A stretch of DNA of 20,000 nucleotides, taken from the sequence record DRR378314_1434; one strand, 5' to 3'. The notes beneath the pieces were generated by a model. It was given only the letters and a program-made list of their open reading frames with translations, was not told where the DNA came from and searched no databases. The translations under genes and the position numbers were made by a program. Shown in pieces: positions 7,997 through 16,460 of this stretch; positions within the stretch are counted from its first letter, which is position 1, and every line of letters starts with the position of its first letter.

Positions 7997-9946
7997 ATGA
8001 CAAAGACTGAATTTGACACTTTTCCGAAGCTGATCCGCAGAAACGCAGAAATTCGCCCCACCGTGCCAGCCTACCGTGAGAAAGAATACGGGATTTGGCA
8101 GACTTATAACTGGAAAGATGTGTACGAGAATTCTCGGGCTCTCGGTCTGGGTTTGGTGGAACTGGGTATCAAGCGGGGGGATGCAGTTGCCATTATTGGT
8201 TCTAACCGTCCTCAGCTATATTGGGTTTTCGCGGCAACACAAGCCGTCGGCGCGCTGCCTGTCCCGCTTTATCAGGACGGGGTAGCTGACGAGATTCAAT
8301 ATGTGTTGGCTCATGCAGAAGTAAAAGTTGTGGTCGTTGAAGATCAGGAGCAGGTCGATAAAGTCCTTTCCGTTATGGATCAATGTCCAACGATCAAGAC
8401 TATTATATATAAAGAGCCGCGAGGTATGCGGCATTATAAGCAAGACTTTATCAAGTCTTATACTGAGGTTCAGGATCTGGGCCGGGCTTATGATGCAAAA
8501 AACCCTACCTTTTATGATGCGGAGTCAGTCAAGGCAAAGCCGGATGATATCGCAACTTTGATGTATACCTCGGGTACGACTGGGCGTCCAAAAGGCGTGA
8601 TGCTGAGCTTTAGTAATATGGTGAGTGCGGGCCGTTTGTCCGTGGAGTTCGAAAATCTGACAGAGAAAGATAAGGTCTTGTCCTATCTGCCGATGGCATG
8701 GGTCGGGGACCATTTATTCTCTTACTCTCAGGCAGCGACGGCAGGCTTTTCCGTAAATTGCCCTGAGAATGCGGAGACCGTTCTGACAGATTTGCGGGAA
8801 ATTGGGCCGACCTATTATTTTGCCCCGCCAGCCATTTTTGAAAATATGCTGACCCAAATGATGATCCGCATTGAAGATGCCAGTGCGATCAAGCAGAAGC
8901 TTTTCCATTATTTTATTGGTGTAGCCAAACGCTGCGGCGTTGAGATTATGGAAGGTAAGCCCGTTTCATTGAAAGACAGGCTGCTTTACACACTCGGTTA
9001 TTTTCTGATTTACGGCCCACTGAAAAACACATTGGGCTTCAGTCAGATCCGGGTTGCCTATACAGCTGGTGCGCCCATGGGACCGGAAGTGTTCAAATTT
9101 TACCGGTCACTTGGGGTAAATTTGAAACAGCTATATGGGCAGACCGAGTCTTGTGCTTACGTTTGTATCCAAAATGACAAAGACGTTCGCCCGGATACGG
9201 TTGGACCCCCCGCACCTGGCTGCGAAATTATGATTGATGAAGCAAGCGGCGAAGTCCTCTATAAAAGCCCGGGTGCTTTTGTCGGTTATTATAAGAATGA
9301 TGAGGCAACCGAGGAGACCAAAACTCCTGAAGGTTGGGTGCATACCGGTGATGCTGGCATCATGACAGATGACGGTCAGTTGAAAGTGATCGATCGGGCC
9401 AAGGATGTGGGTAAGCTGAATGACGGCACCTTGTTCGCACCGCAGTATATCGAGAATAAACTCAAGTTTTTCCCGTTTATTTCAGAGGCGGTTTGTCATG
9501 GTTCGGGTCGGGATACGGTAACAGCATTCATTAATATCGATCTGGAGGCGGTGGGTAACTGGGCTGAGCGACGTGGTATTTCCTATGCCAGTTATCAGGA
9601 CCTTGCCAACCATGATGATGTTTATGCCCAAATCAAGGAGTGCGTGGAACAGGTCAACCAGGATCTTGCTGTTGATAGTGAGCTTGCTGGTGCTCAAATC
9701 ACGCGATTCCTGGTTCTGCCCAAAGCATTGGATGCGGATGATGGCGAATTGACACGGACACGAAAAGTGCGTCGCCGGATTATTGCAGAACGGTATGAGC
9801 CTCTCATTTCCGCCCTTTTCAGTGACACAAAAGTGGCAGATATTGAATCCGAAATGACGTTTGAGGATGGCCGAAAAGGCAAGCTTAAAGCCTCCGTTAA
9901 AGTGATGGATTCAACAACATACCCGGCAATGAAAGCCGCATCATAA
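7997..9946 (+). CDS. Long-chain acyl-CoA synthetase (AMP-forming, FadD15/FAA1-like)
   Basis: AMP-binding P-loop YTSGTTGRPKG, SYLPMAW, YGQTE, GWVHTGD, IDRAKD and C-terminal GELTRTRKVRR; SD AGGGAG. Confidence 0.93.
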   Translation: MTKTEFDTFPKLIRRNAEIRPTVPAYREKEYGIWQTYNWKDVYENSRALGLGLVELGIKRGDAVAIIGSNRPQLYWVFAATQAVGALPVPLYQDGVADEIQYVLAHAEVKVVVVEDQEQVDKVLSVMDQCPTIKTIIYKEPRGMRHYKQDFIKSYTEVQDLGRAYDAKNPTFYDAESVKAKPDDIATLMYTSGTTGRPKGVMLSFSNMVSAGRLSVEFENLTEKDKVLSYLPMAWVGDHLFSYSQAATAGFSVNCPENAETVLTDLREIGPTYYFAPPAIFENMLTQMMIRIEDASAIKQKLFHYFIGVAKRCGVEIMEGKPVSLKDRLLYTLGYFLIYGPLKNTLGFSQIRVAYTAGAPMGPEVFKFYRSLGVNLKQLYGQTESCAYVCIQNDKDVRPDTVGPPAPGCEIMIDEASGEVLYKSPGAFVGYYKNDEATEETKTPEGWVHTGDAGIMTDDGQLKVIDRAKDVGKLNDGTLFAPQYIENKLKFFPFISEAVCHGSGRDTVTAFINIDLEAVGNWAERRGISYASYQDLANHDDVYAQIKECVEQVNQDLAVDSELAGAQITRFLVLPKALDADDGELTRTRKVRRRIIAERYEPLISALFSDTKVADIESEMTFEDGRKGKLKASVKVMDSTTYPAMKAAS

Positions 9947-9964
9947 AGCGGGAGCGAGTAGAGT

Positions 9965-10756
9965 ATGACAAATCAAGACTACAAGCCTGGTGATATCCTG
10001 CTGGAAGTAAATGATATCAGCCTTTCTTTTGGTGCGGTCCGCGCAATTTCTGATGTGAGTTTTGACATCAAGAAAGGCGAAATTCGGGCGATTATCGGCC
10101 CCAACGGTGCTGGTAAAACCTCTATGCTGAATTGCATCAATGGATTTTACCATCCGCAGCAAGGAACTATTACTTATAAAGGGCAGACGCGAAGTGCAAT
10201 GAAGCCCCATGAAGCTGCGGCTCAGGGGATCGGCCGAACCTTTCAGAATGTGGCTTTGTTCCGCGGAATGTCCACACTGGACAACATCATGACGGGCCGG
10301 AATCTGAAGATGAAATCCGGTTTATTTTCCTCCATGATTTGGTGGGGAAGAGCTCAGAAAGAAGAGCTGGAACATCGTCTTTTTGTGGAAAATATTATTG
10401 ATTTTCTGGAAATTGAAGCGATCCGGAAAACGCCGGTTGGCCGTCTTCCTTATGGTTTGCAAAAACGAGTGGAGCTGGGGCGGGCACTTGCCGCTGAACC
10501 TGAGCTTTTGCTGCTGGATGAGCCAATGGCGGGGATGAACCTTGAGGAGAAAGAGGACATGTGCCGCTTTATTCTCGATGTGAACGATGAATTTGGCACG
10601 ACCATCTGTTTGATTGAGCATGATATGGGCGTGGTTATGGATATTTCTGACCGGGTCATGGTGCTTGATTATGGCGGAAAAATCGGGGATGGCATCCCCG
10701 AAGAAGTTCGCAATGACCAGAGAGTCGTCGACGCCTATCTGGGCGGCGGTCATTAA
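9965..10756 (+). CDS. HAAT-family ABC transporter ATP-binding subunit (LivG-like)
   Basis: Walker A GPNGAGKT, RTFQN, signature LPYGLQKRVELGRALA, Walker B LLLDEP, IEHDM, C-terminal VVDAYLG. Confidence 0.95.
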   Translation: MTNQDYKPGDILLEVNDISLSFGAVRAISDVSFDIKKGEIRAIIGPNGAGKTSMLNCINGFYHPQQGTITYKGQTRSAMKPHEAAAQGIGRTFQNVALFRGMSTLDNIMTGRNLKMKSGLFSSMIWWGRAQKEELEHRLFVENIIDFLEIEAIRKTPVGRLPYGLQKRVELGRALAAEPELLLLDEPMAGMNLEEKEDMCRFILDVNDEFGTTICLIEHDMGVVMDISDRVMVLDYGGKIGDGIPEEVRNDQRVVDAYLGGGH

Positions 10757-10777
10757 TCCAAAACAGGAGATGTAAGT

Positions 10778-11671
10778 ATGGTGGACTTTTTGTTCTTCGT
10801 TGAGGTCCTGTTAAGTGGATTGTTGACAGGTGCTCTTTATTCTTTGGTGGCCCTCGGCTTTGTGCTGATCTTTAAGGCCTCCGGTGTGTTTAACTTTGCT
10901 CAGGGCGCAATGATGCTTTTTGCTGCTCTCAGCCTTGTGGGTGTCCAAGAGGCACTGGGTGTTCATTGGTCAATCGCATTTCTGGTGACGGTGGGCATCA
11001 TGATCGCCCTTGCCTGGTGCGTCGAAAAATTTGTGCTTGGTAAATTGGTCAATCAGGAGCCCATTATTCTGTTCATGGCAACCATTGGGATTACCTTCTT
11101 CCTTGATGGTTTTGGGCAAACGATTTGGGGCAGTGACATCAAGGTTATGGATGTCGGTTTACCCAATGATATTTTTGATGTTGGCGGTGTTTTCATCGAT
11201 CAGTTGGAATTGGTGGCCGGTTTGACCGCTGCGGCGCTTGTTGCCCTGTTGGCCATCTTCTTTAATAAGACCAAGATTGGCCGGGCGCTTCGGGCTGTTG
11301 CGGATGATCATCAGGCTGCCATGTCTGTCGGTATTTCCCTTCGGTATATCTGGATTGTCGTTTGGACGGTTGCGGGTCTGGTCGGTTTGGTCGCCGGGAT
11401 TATGTGGGGCTCGAAACTGGGTGTTCAATTCAGTCTTAGCCTCATTGCCCTGAAAGCACTTCCTGTTCTGATGCTGGGTGGTTTCACCTCGATCCCTGGG
11501 GCAATTGTTGGCGGATTGATTATTGGTGCCGGAGAGAAACTGGCTGAAATTTACCTGGGCCCAATTATTGGCGGCGCGATTGAAAACTGGTTTGCCTACA
11601 TGCTGGCCATGTTGTTCCTGCTTTTCCGTCCGCAGGGTCTGTTCGGTGAAAAGATTATTGAGAGGGTTTAG
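10778..11671 (+). CDS. HAAT-family ABC transporter permease (LivH-like)
   Basis: LYSLVALGFVLIFKASGVFNFAQG, KTKIGRALRAVADD, LGGFTSIPGAIVGG, RPQGLFG; many hydrophobic segments; SD AGGAGA. Confidence 0.95.
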   Translation: MVDFLFFVEVLLSGLLTGALYSLVALGFVLIFKASGVFNFAQGAMMLFAALSLVGVQEALGVHWSIAFLVTVGIMIALAWCVEKFVLGKLVNQEPIILFMATIGITFFLDGFGQTIWGSDIKVMDVGLPNDIFDVGGVFIDQLELVAGLTAAALVALLAIFFNKTKIGRALRAVADDHQAAMSVGISLRYIWIVVWTVAGLVGLVAGIMWGSKLGVQFSLSLIALKALPVLMLGGFTSIPGAIVGGLIIGAGEKLAEIYLGPIIGGAIENWFAYMLAMLFLLFRPQGLFGEKIIERV

Positions 11672-11676
11672 TCAGA

Positions 11677-12762
11677 ATGTTTTATCGTGAAGCTGGACAG
11701 TTTAAGTCCTCTTATAAAGAAGATCAGGCAGTATTCCCTATCCTTCAGGATCGGATCGGGATCGGGATCATTCTGTTAATCGCTTTTTTTGGCATTCCCT
11801 TGCTGGCAAGTGAATATTTCATCAGTGCAATCATGACGCCGTTTTTGATCCTGGCTCTGGCGGCTATCGGATTGAACATTCTGACAGGTTATGCAGGACA
11901 GATCTCGCTCGGAACCGGGGGGTTCATGGCTGTGGGCGCTTTTGCCGCCTATAAGTTTGCCACTTTCTCCTTCACTATTGGCGGGGTGGAAGGTGCTGTA
12001 CCGCTGGTCCTAACTATTCTGCTTTCCGGTTTGGTTGCTGCACTTGTCGGGATTATGTTCGGTATTCCGTCCCTTCGGATTAAAGGTTTTTATCTGGCAG
12101 TGGCCACACTTGCAGCCCAGTTCTTTCTGGAATGGTTATTTGTGAAAGTGGGCTGGTTCACCAACTACAGTCCTTCAGGTGTTATTACCGCCCCGCCACT
12201 GGTGGTTCTGGGCTATGAATTTAATACCGCGCCGGAGAAATATATCTTTACGCTGTCCTTTGTTGCGGTTCTTGCGCTGGCGGCTAAAAACCTGGTGCGA
12301 AGCCATATCGGACGCGGCTGGATGGCAATTAGGGATATGGATATTGCCGCCGAGATTATTGGCTTTAAGCCCTTGCAGACGAAACTTTCGGCTTTTGCCG
12401 TCAGTTCCTTCTTTTGCGGGGTTGCGGGCGCGCTATGGGCCTTCGTGCATCTTGGCACCGTGGAGCCTGAAGCCTTTGGCATCAACCGCTCTTTCGCGAT
12501 TTTGTTCATGGTAATCATTGGGGGCATGGGCAGTATTCTTGGATCGTTTATCGGTGCTGGTTTCATCATGTTATTGCCTATTTTCCTAAACAATGTACCG
12601 CCAATGATTGGTTGGGAAATTGGCGTGGATATGGTTGCTCATCTTGAATTCATGGTGTTTGGCGTTCTGATTATCTTTTTCTTGATTGTAGAGCCTCATG
12701 GGCTTGCAAGATTATGGACTATCGGCAAGGAAAAACTGAGAACCTGGCCGTTTCCATATTGA
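11677..12762 (+). CDS. HAAT-family ABC transporter permease (LivM-like)
   Basis: GLNILTGYAGQISLG, LRIKGFYLAVATLA, SHIGRGWMAIRD, MVIIGGMGSILG, EPHGL; polytopic membrane protein. Confidence 0.95.
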   Translation: MFYREAGQFKSSYKEDQAVFPILQDRIGIGIILLIAFFGIPLLASEYFISAIMTPFLILALAAIGLNILTGYAGQISLGTGGFMAVGAFAAYKFATFSFTIGGVEGAVPLVLTILLSGLVAALVGIMFGIPSLRIKGFYLAVATLAAQFFLEWLFVKVGWFTNYSPSGVITAPPLVVLGYEFNTAPEKYIFTLSFVAVLALAAKNLVRSHIGRGWMAIRDMDIAAEIIGFKPLQTKLSAFAVSSFFCGVAGALWAFVHLGTVEPEAFGINRSFAILFMVIIGGMGSILGSFIGAGFIMLLPIFLNNVPPMIGWEIGVDMVAHLEFMVFGVLIIFFLIVEPHGLARLWTIGKEKLRTWPFPY

Positions 12763-12769
12763 TCTATTG

Positions 12770-12837
12770 CTGAAGGCCGGTCACAGTTCAGATCTGGTTT
12801 TCAGGAATGGAAAACGTCTCTTGGCGGTTTCGACCGC
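12770..12837 (+). promoter_or_regulatory. Two intercistronic hairpins upstream of the substrate-binding protein gene
   Basis: CTGAAGGCCGG(12770-80)/CTGGTTTTCAG(12794-804) with G-U pairs, and GCGGT-TTCG-ACCGC (12824-37). No U-tract follows. Strong SD GGGAGG downstream. Confidence 0.55.
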
Positions 12838-12868
12838 GTGTAAACAAGGGTAACTCTGGGAGGAAAAT

Positions 12869-14185
12869 ATGAGTTTGAAGAAATTTGTTCTCGGTGCTTT
12901 GGGGGCGGCAGTAATCGCGGCTCCATTTACAGCACCAGCCCCTGCATTTGCAGAAGATACGCTGTATTTGCCGAAATTGGTTTACCGGACTGGTCCTTTT
13001 GCGCCGGGTGGTATTCCAACAGCCAATGGCGCTGCTGATTATTGGGCAATGATCAATGAGCGTGATGGTGGCGTCAACGGTGCGCGGGTCATCCACGAAG
13101 AATGTGAGTTTGGCTATAACACGGACCGCGGTGTTGAATGTTATGAGCGGACTAAAAGCAACAACAACGGTGCCTTGATTTATCAACCGTATAGCACAGG
13201 TGTCACTTACGCACTTGCTGATCGGACACGGACAGATAAAATTCCCCTTTTGACAATGGGTTATGGTCGTGCGGACGCTGGTGTTGGAACAGCATTTCCA
13301 TATGTTTTTCCAATGATGACCAACTATTGGGGTCAGGCAACTGGCATCATGAAATATATCGCCAAGCAAGAGGGCGGTATGGAAAAACTTAAAGATAAAA
13401 CAATCGCACTTGTGTATCTGGACATTGCTTATGGTAAGGAATCTATTCCTATTTTCGATACCATGTCCGATAAGTTTGGCTTCGGTCTGAAAAAATATCC
13501 GGTGGTTTTCCCTGGAATTGAACAGAAAGCAACCTGGCTCCAGATCCGCCGTGCGAAACCAGACTACATTGTAATGTGGGGCTGGGGTGCAATGAATGCT
13601 GCTGCTATCAAAGAAGCCGCTAAAATTCGTTTCCCGGCTGAAAATTTCATTGGTAACTGGTGGGCCGGTGCCGAGCAGGATACGATCCCTGCAGGCGACG
13701 CTGCAGTTGGCTACAAAAGTGCAACCTTCTCTGCTGCGGGTACAGATTTCCCTGTAATCAAAGACATCATGAAACATGTCTATGAAAAAGGAAATGGTGC
13801 GGGCGAAGAGAATGTTGGCCAGGTGCTTTATAACCGGTCAGTTTTGACACAGGTCTTTATCCATGCAGGCATCTTGGCTGCACAGGAAAAATTCGGTGTG
13901 AAAGCAATTACATCTGAACAGCTCCGTTGGGGTATGGAAAATCTGACGCTTGATGCAGCAACAGCCAAGAAAATGGGTGTTGAAGGCATGGGGCCAGAGA
14001 TTTCACCAACCTGCTCTGATCATGTTGGCGGCGGTTCATTCCGTATCCAGCAGTGGGATGGCAAACAGTGGAACATCGTCTCAGATGAACTCACACCTAT
14101 GAATGATCTTGTTTTGCCAGCGATGAAAGACTCTGCTGACAATTACCTGAAAGAAAAAGGCCTGGATGCAGTTAGCTGCTCCTAA
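12869..14185 (+). CDS. ABC transporter periplasmic substrate-binding protein (type I PBP, LivJ/K superfamily)
   Basis: Sec signal MSLKKFVLGALGAAVIAAPFTAPAPAFA; YRTGPFA, INERDGGVNG, ECEFGYNTDRGVECYER, WGWGAMN; position inside a HAAT operon. Confidence 0.93.
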   Translation: MSLKKFVLGALGAAVIAAPFTAPAPAFAEDTLYLPKLVYRTGPFAPGGIPTANGAADYWAMINERDGGVNGARVIHEECEFGYNTDRGVECYERTKSNNNGALIYQPYSTGVTYALADRTRTDKIPLLTMGYGRADAGVGTAFPYVFPMMTNYWGQATGIMKYIAKQEGGMEKLKDKTIALVYLDIAYGKESIPIFDTMSDKFGFGLKKYPVVFPGIEQKATWLQIRRAKPDYIVMWGWGAMNAAAIKEAAKIRFPAENFIGNWWAGAEQDTIPAGDAAVGYKSATFSAAGTDFPVIKDIMKHVYEKGNGAGEENVGQVLYNRSVLTQVFIHAGILAAQEKFGVKAITSEQLRWGMENLTLDAATAKKMGVEGMGPEISPTCSDHVGGGSFRIQQWDGKQWNIVSDELTPMNDLVLPAMKDSADNYLKEKGLDAVSCS

Positions 14186-14210
14186 GTGTTAGTGACGAAT
14201 AAAGGAAGTC

Positions 14211-15032
14211 TTGCCAATGAATGCGTCAAGCAATCCCCTTCTTAGGGTGAATAATATCGAGGTCATTTATGACCATGTTATCCTCGTCTTGAAAGGTGTC
14301 TCTTTGGAGGTGCCGGAGGGAGCCATTGTCTCTATTCTTGGAGCTAATGGTGCTGGCAAGACAACTTCCTTGAAAGCCATTTCGAACCTCCTCCGCTCTG
14401 AGCGTGGGGAGGTTACGAAAGGCTCTATCGAATATCGTGGTAAAAACATTACGGAAAAATCGCCGGCTGAGCTGGTGACCCAGGGTGTAGTGCAGGTGAT
14501 GGAAGGCCGTCATTGTTTTGAGCATTTGACGGTGGAAGAGAATTTGTTGACTGGTGCCTATACCCGAAAAGGGGGCCGGGCCATGATCACCGAAGAACTG
14601 GAAAAGGTTTATCATTATTTCCCCCGCCTAAAAGAACGGCGGACATCTCTTGCCGGGTATGTATCTGGTGGGGAGCAGCAAATGGTTGCTGTTGGCCGGG
14701 CCCTGATGGCCGAGCCAAGCCTGATTTTACTGGATGAGCCCTCCATGGGACTTGCGCCGCAGCTGGTGGAAGAGATTTTTGAAATTGTAAAACGCCTGAA
14801 TGAAGAAACCGGGGTCAGTTTCCTGGTGGCAGAGCAGAATGCAACGATTGCGCTGAAATATGCGCATTATGGATATATCCTTGAAAATGGTCGCGTCGTA
14901 ATGGATGGGGCCGCGAAGGATCTGTCTAACAACGAAGATGTAAAAGAATTTTACCTCGGACTTGGTGGTGACGGCCGCAAGAGTTTCCGGGATGTGAAGC
15001 ATTACCGGCGGCGTAAACGTTGGCTTGCGTGA
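14211..15032 (+). CDS. HAAT-family ABC transporter ATP-binding subunit (LivF-like)
   Basis: Walker A GANGAGKT, FPRLKER, SGGEQQM, LLDEPSMGLAP, AEQN. Start is TTG 14211 or ATG 14217 (AAGGA upstream). Confidence 0.95.
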   Translation: MPMNASSNPLLRVNNIEVIYDHVILVLKGVSLEVPEGAIVSILGANGAGKTTSLKAISNLLRSERGEVTKGSIEYRGKNITEKSPAELVTQGVVQVMEGRHCFEHLTVEENLLTGAYTRKGGRAMITEELEKVYHYFPRLKERRTSLAGYVSGGEQQMVAVGRALMAEPSLILLDEPSMGLAPQLVEEIFEIVKRLNEETGVSFLVAEQNATIALKYAHYGYILENGRVVMDGAAKDLSNNEDVKEFYLGLGGDGRKSFRDVKHYRRRKRWLA

Positions 15033-15040
15033 TCCAATTC

Positions 15041-15081
15041 AAAAGCAACTGAAGATCTTGACGATTTTGGTTGCTTTTTTT
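15041..15081 (+). terminator. Probable intrinsic terminator between the ABC ATPase gene and the PaaK-like gene
   Basis: AAAAGCAACTGAAGATC-TTGAC-GATTTTGGTTGCTTTT running into a T7 tract, 8 nt after the stop codon. Confidence 0.65.
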
Positions 15082-15122
15082 GTGGACGGCATGGGTATGG
15101 AATAGAAAGAGAAATAAAGATC

Positions 15123-16370
15123 ATGACAGGCTCTGGTGAATATTATGATGATCTGGAAACCAGATCGTCCGAACAGCGACAGAAAGATCAGGTAAAAAAT
15201 CTTCAGGCGCAGTTGGCACACGCAAAATCGAACTCGGCCTATTTTGGTGAGCTCCTGAAAGATATCGATCCGGCCTCTATCGACAGTCTTGATGCGTTGG
15301 CAAAACTGCCGGTAACCCGAAAATCTGACTTGATTGCGAAACAAAAAGATAATCCGCCGCTTGGTGGTTTAAACGGTGAAGAAATTGACTCCGTGGCAAA
15401 TGTGTTCATGTCACCTGGTCCCATTTTTGAGCCGGGGCAGAGCACTAAGGATTATTTTCGGATGGGCCGGGCCATGTGGGCCGCAGGCTTTCGGCCAGGA
15501 GACTTGGTTTATAACACCTTTTCCTACCATATGACACCTGCCGGACACATGATGGAGAGCGGTGCGCGAGCTGTTGGCTGCCCTGTGTTTCCAGCCGGGA
15601 TCGGCAACACGGAAATGCAGCTTCAGGCGATTGCCACCCTTAAGCCGCGGGCTTATGTGGGAACCCCTTCTTTCCTGAAAATTCTGTTGGAAAAAGGTAA
15701 AGAGGCTGGAGCGGATATGTCATCGCTAAAAGTCGCTAGTGTGGGCGGTGAAGCTCTGCCACCGTCTTTGCGTCAGCAGTTGCAAGAGATGGGCATTGAA
15801 ACGGTTATTCAGTCTTATGGGACTGCAGATCTGGGTCTGATTGCCTACGAAACCTACGCTATGGAAGGGATGACCATAGATGAAGGTATCATCGTGGAAA
15901 TCGTGCGTCCCGGAACCGGAGATCCGGTTGCGCCGGGCGAAGTGGGTGAAGTCGTTGTGACGACATTTAACAAGACATATCCACTGATCCGTTTTGGAAC
16001 GGGCGATATGTCTGCTTTCCTGCCGGATGGGAGCCAGTGTGGCCGCACAGGTCCGCGGATTAAAGGCTGGATGGGCCGGGCGGATCAGACCGCAAAAGTC
16101 AAAGGCATGTTTGTTCATCCCGGCAGCGTGGTTGATGTGCAGAAAAAGCACGCTGAATTAAAGAAAGTTCGGTTGGTGGTCACCAGCACGGCCAACGTGG
16201 ATCAGATGACTTTGCAGTGTGAAGTTGAGGGTGGGAGCGATGCGCTGAAAGATGCCGTTGCTCAATCTGTGCAAAGTCTTTGCAAACTGAAAGGTGATGT
16301 TGAATTTGTGGCCGTTGGCTCCCTTGCCAATGATGGTAAGGTCATCGATGACCAACGGACTTACGAATAA
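15123..16370 (+). CDS. Phenylacetate-CoA ligase-like (PaaK family) adenylate-forming protein with a divergent P-loop
   Basis: PaaK-like layout: LAKLPVTRKSDL, GFRPGDLVYNTFSYH, GTPSFL, GGEALP, SYGTADLG, EIVRPGTGDPVAPGEVGEVVVT, YPLIRFGTGD, GRADQTAKVKG. FMSPGPIFEP stands where SSGTTGxP is expected. Confidence 0.85.
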   Translation: MTGSGEYYDDLETRSSEQRQKDQVKNLQAQLAHAKSNSAYFGELLKDIDPASIDSLDALAKLPVTRKSDLIAKQKDNPPLGGLNGEEIDSVANVFMSPGPIFEPGQSTKDYFRMGRAMWAAGFRPGDLVYNTFSYHMTPAGHMMESGARAVGCPVFPAGIGNTEMQLQAIATLKPRAYVGTPSFLKILLEKGKEAGADMSSLKVASVGGEALPPSLRQQLQEMGIETVIQSYGTADLGLIAYETYAMEGMTIDEGIIVEIVRPGTGDPVAPGEVGEVVVTTFNKTYPLIRFGTGDMSAFLPDGSQCGRTGPRIKGWMGRADQTAKVKGMFVHPGSVVDVQKKHAELKKVRLVVTSTANVDQMTLQCEVEGGSDALKDAVAQSVQSLCKLKGDVEFVAVGSLANDGKVIDDQRTYE

Positions 16371-16407
16371 GACCGAATTTGCGGCTTTTCAAGTCTATTG
16401 CGATCAA

Positions 16408-16444
16408 GGGAACAATCCTGTAGTCAGGGATTGTTCCTTTTTTT
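16408..16444 (+). terminator. Intrinsic terminator ending the ligase/ABC cassette
   Basis: GGAACAATCC(16409-18)...GGATTGTTCC(16428-37), a perfect 10-bp stem followed by T7. Confidence 0.85.
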
Positions 16445-16460
16445 CTGGGCTTTTAGGTCT

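Noticed and set aside
11748..11769. Short tandem GGATC(G) repeats
   Set aside because: They simply encode DRIGIGI in the permease, with the frame intact and no sign of a contingency locus.
12788..13777. 329-aa antisense ORF over the SBP gene, plus the 212-aa ORF at 4465-5103 and other short shadow ORFs
   Set aside because: They overlap well-supported genes on the opposite strand or in another frame and have no recognisable motifs. Long antisense frames are a common by-product of codon bias.
16398..16460. Longer N-termini proposed by the ORF track for ccmA (16398), the lipoprotein (1194) and the Nudix gene (3552)
   Set aside because: Each extension runs through a terminator or hairpin. The downstream ATGs give family-typical N-termini, a signal peptide or an SD.
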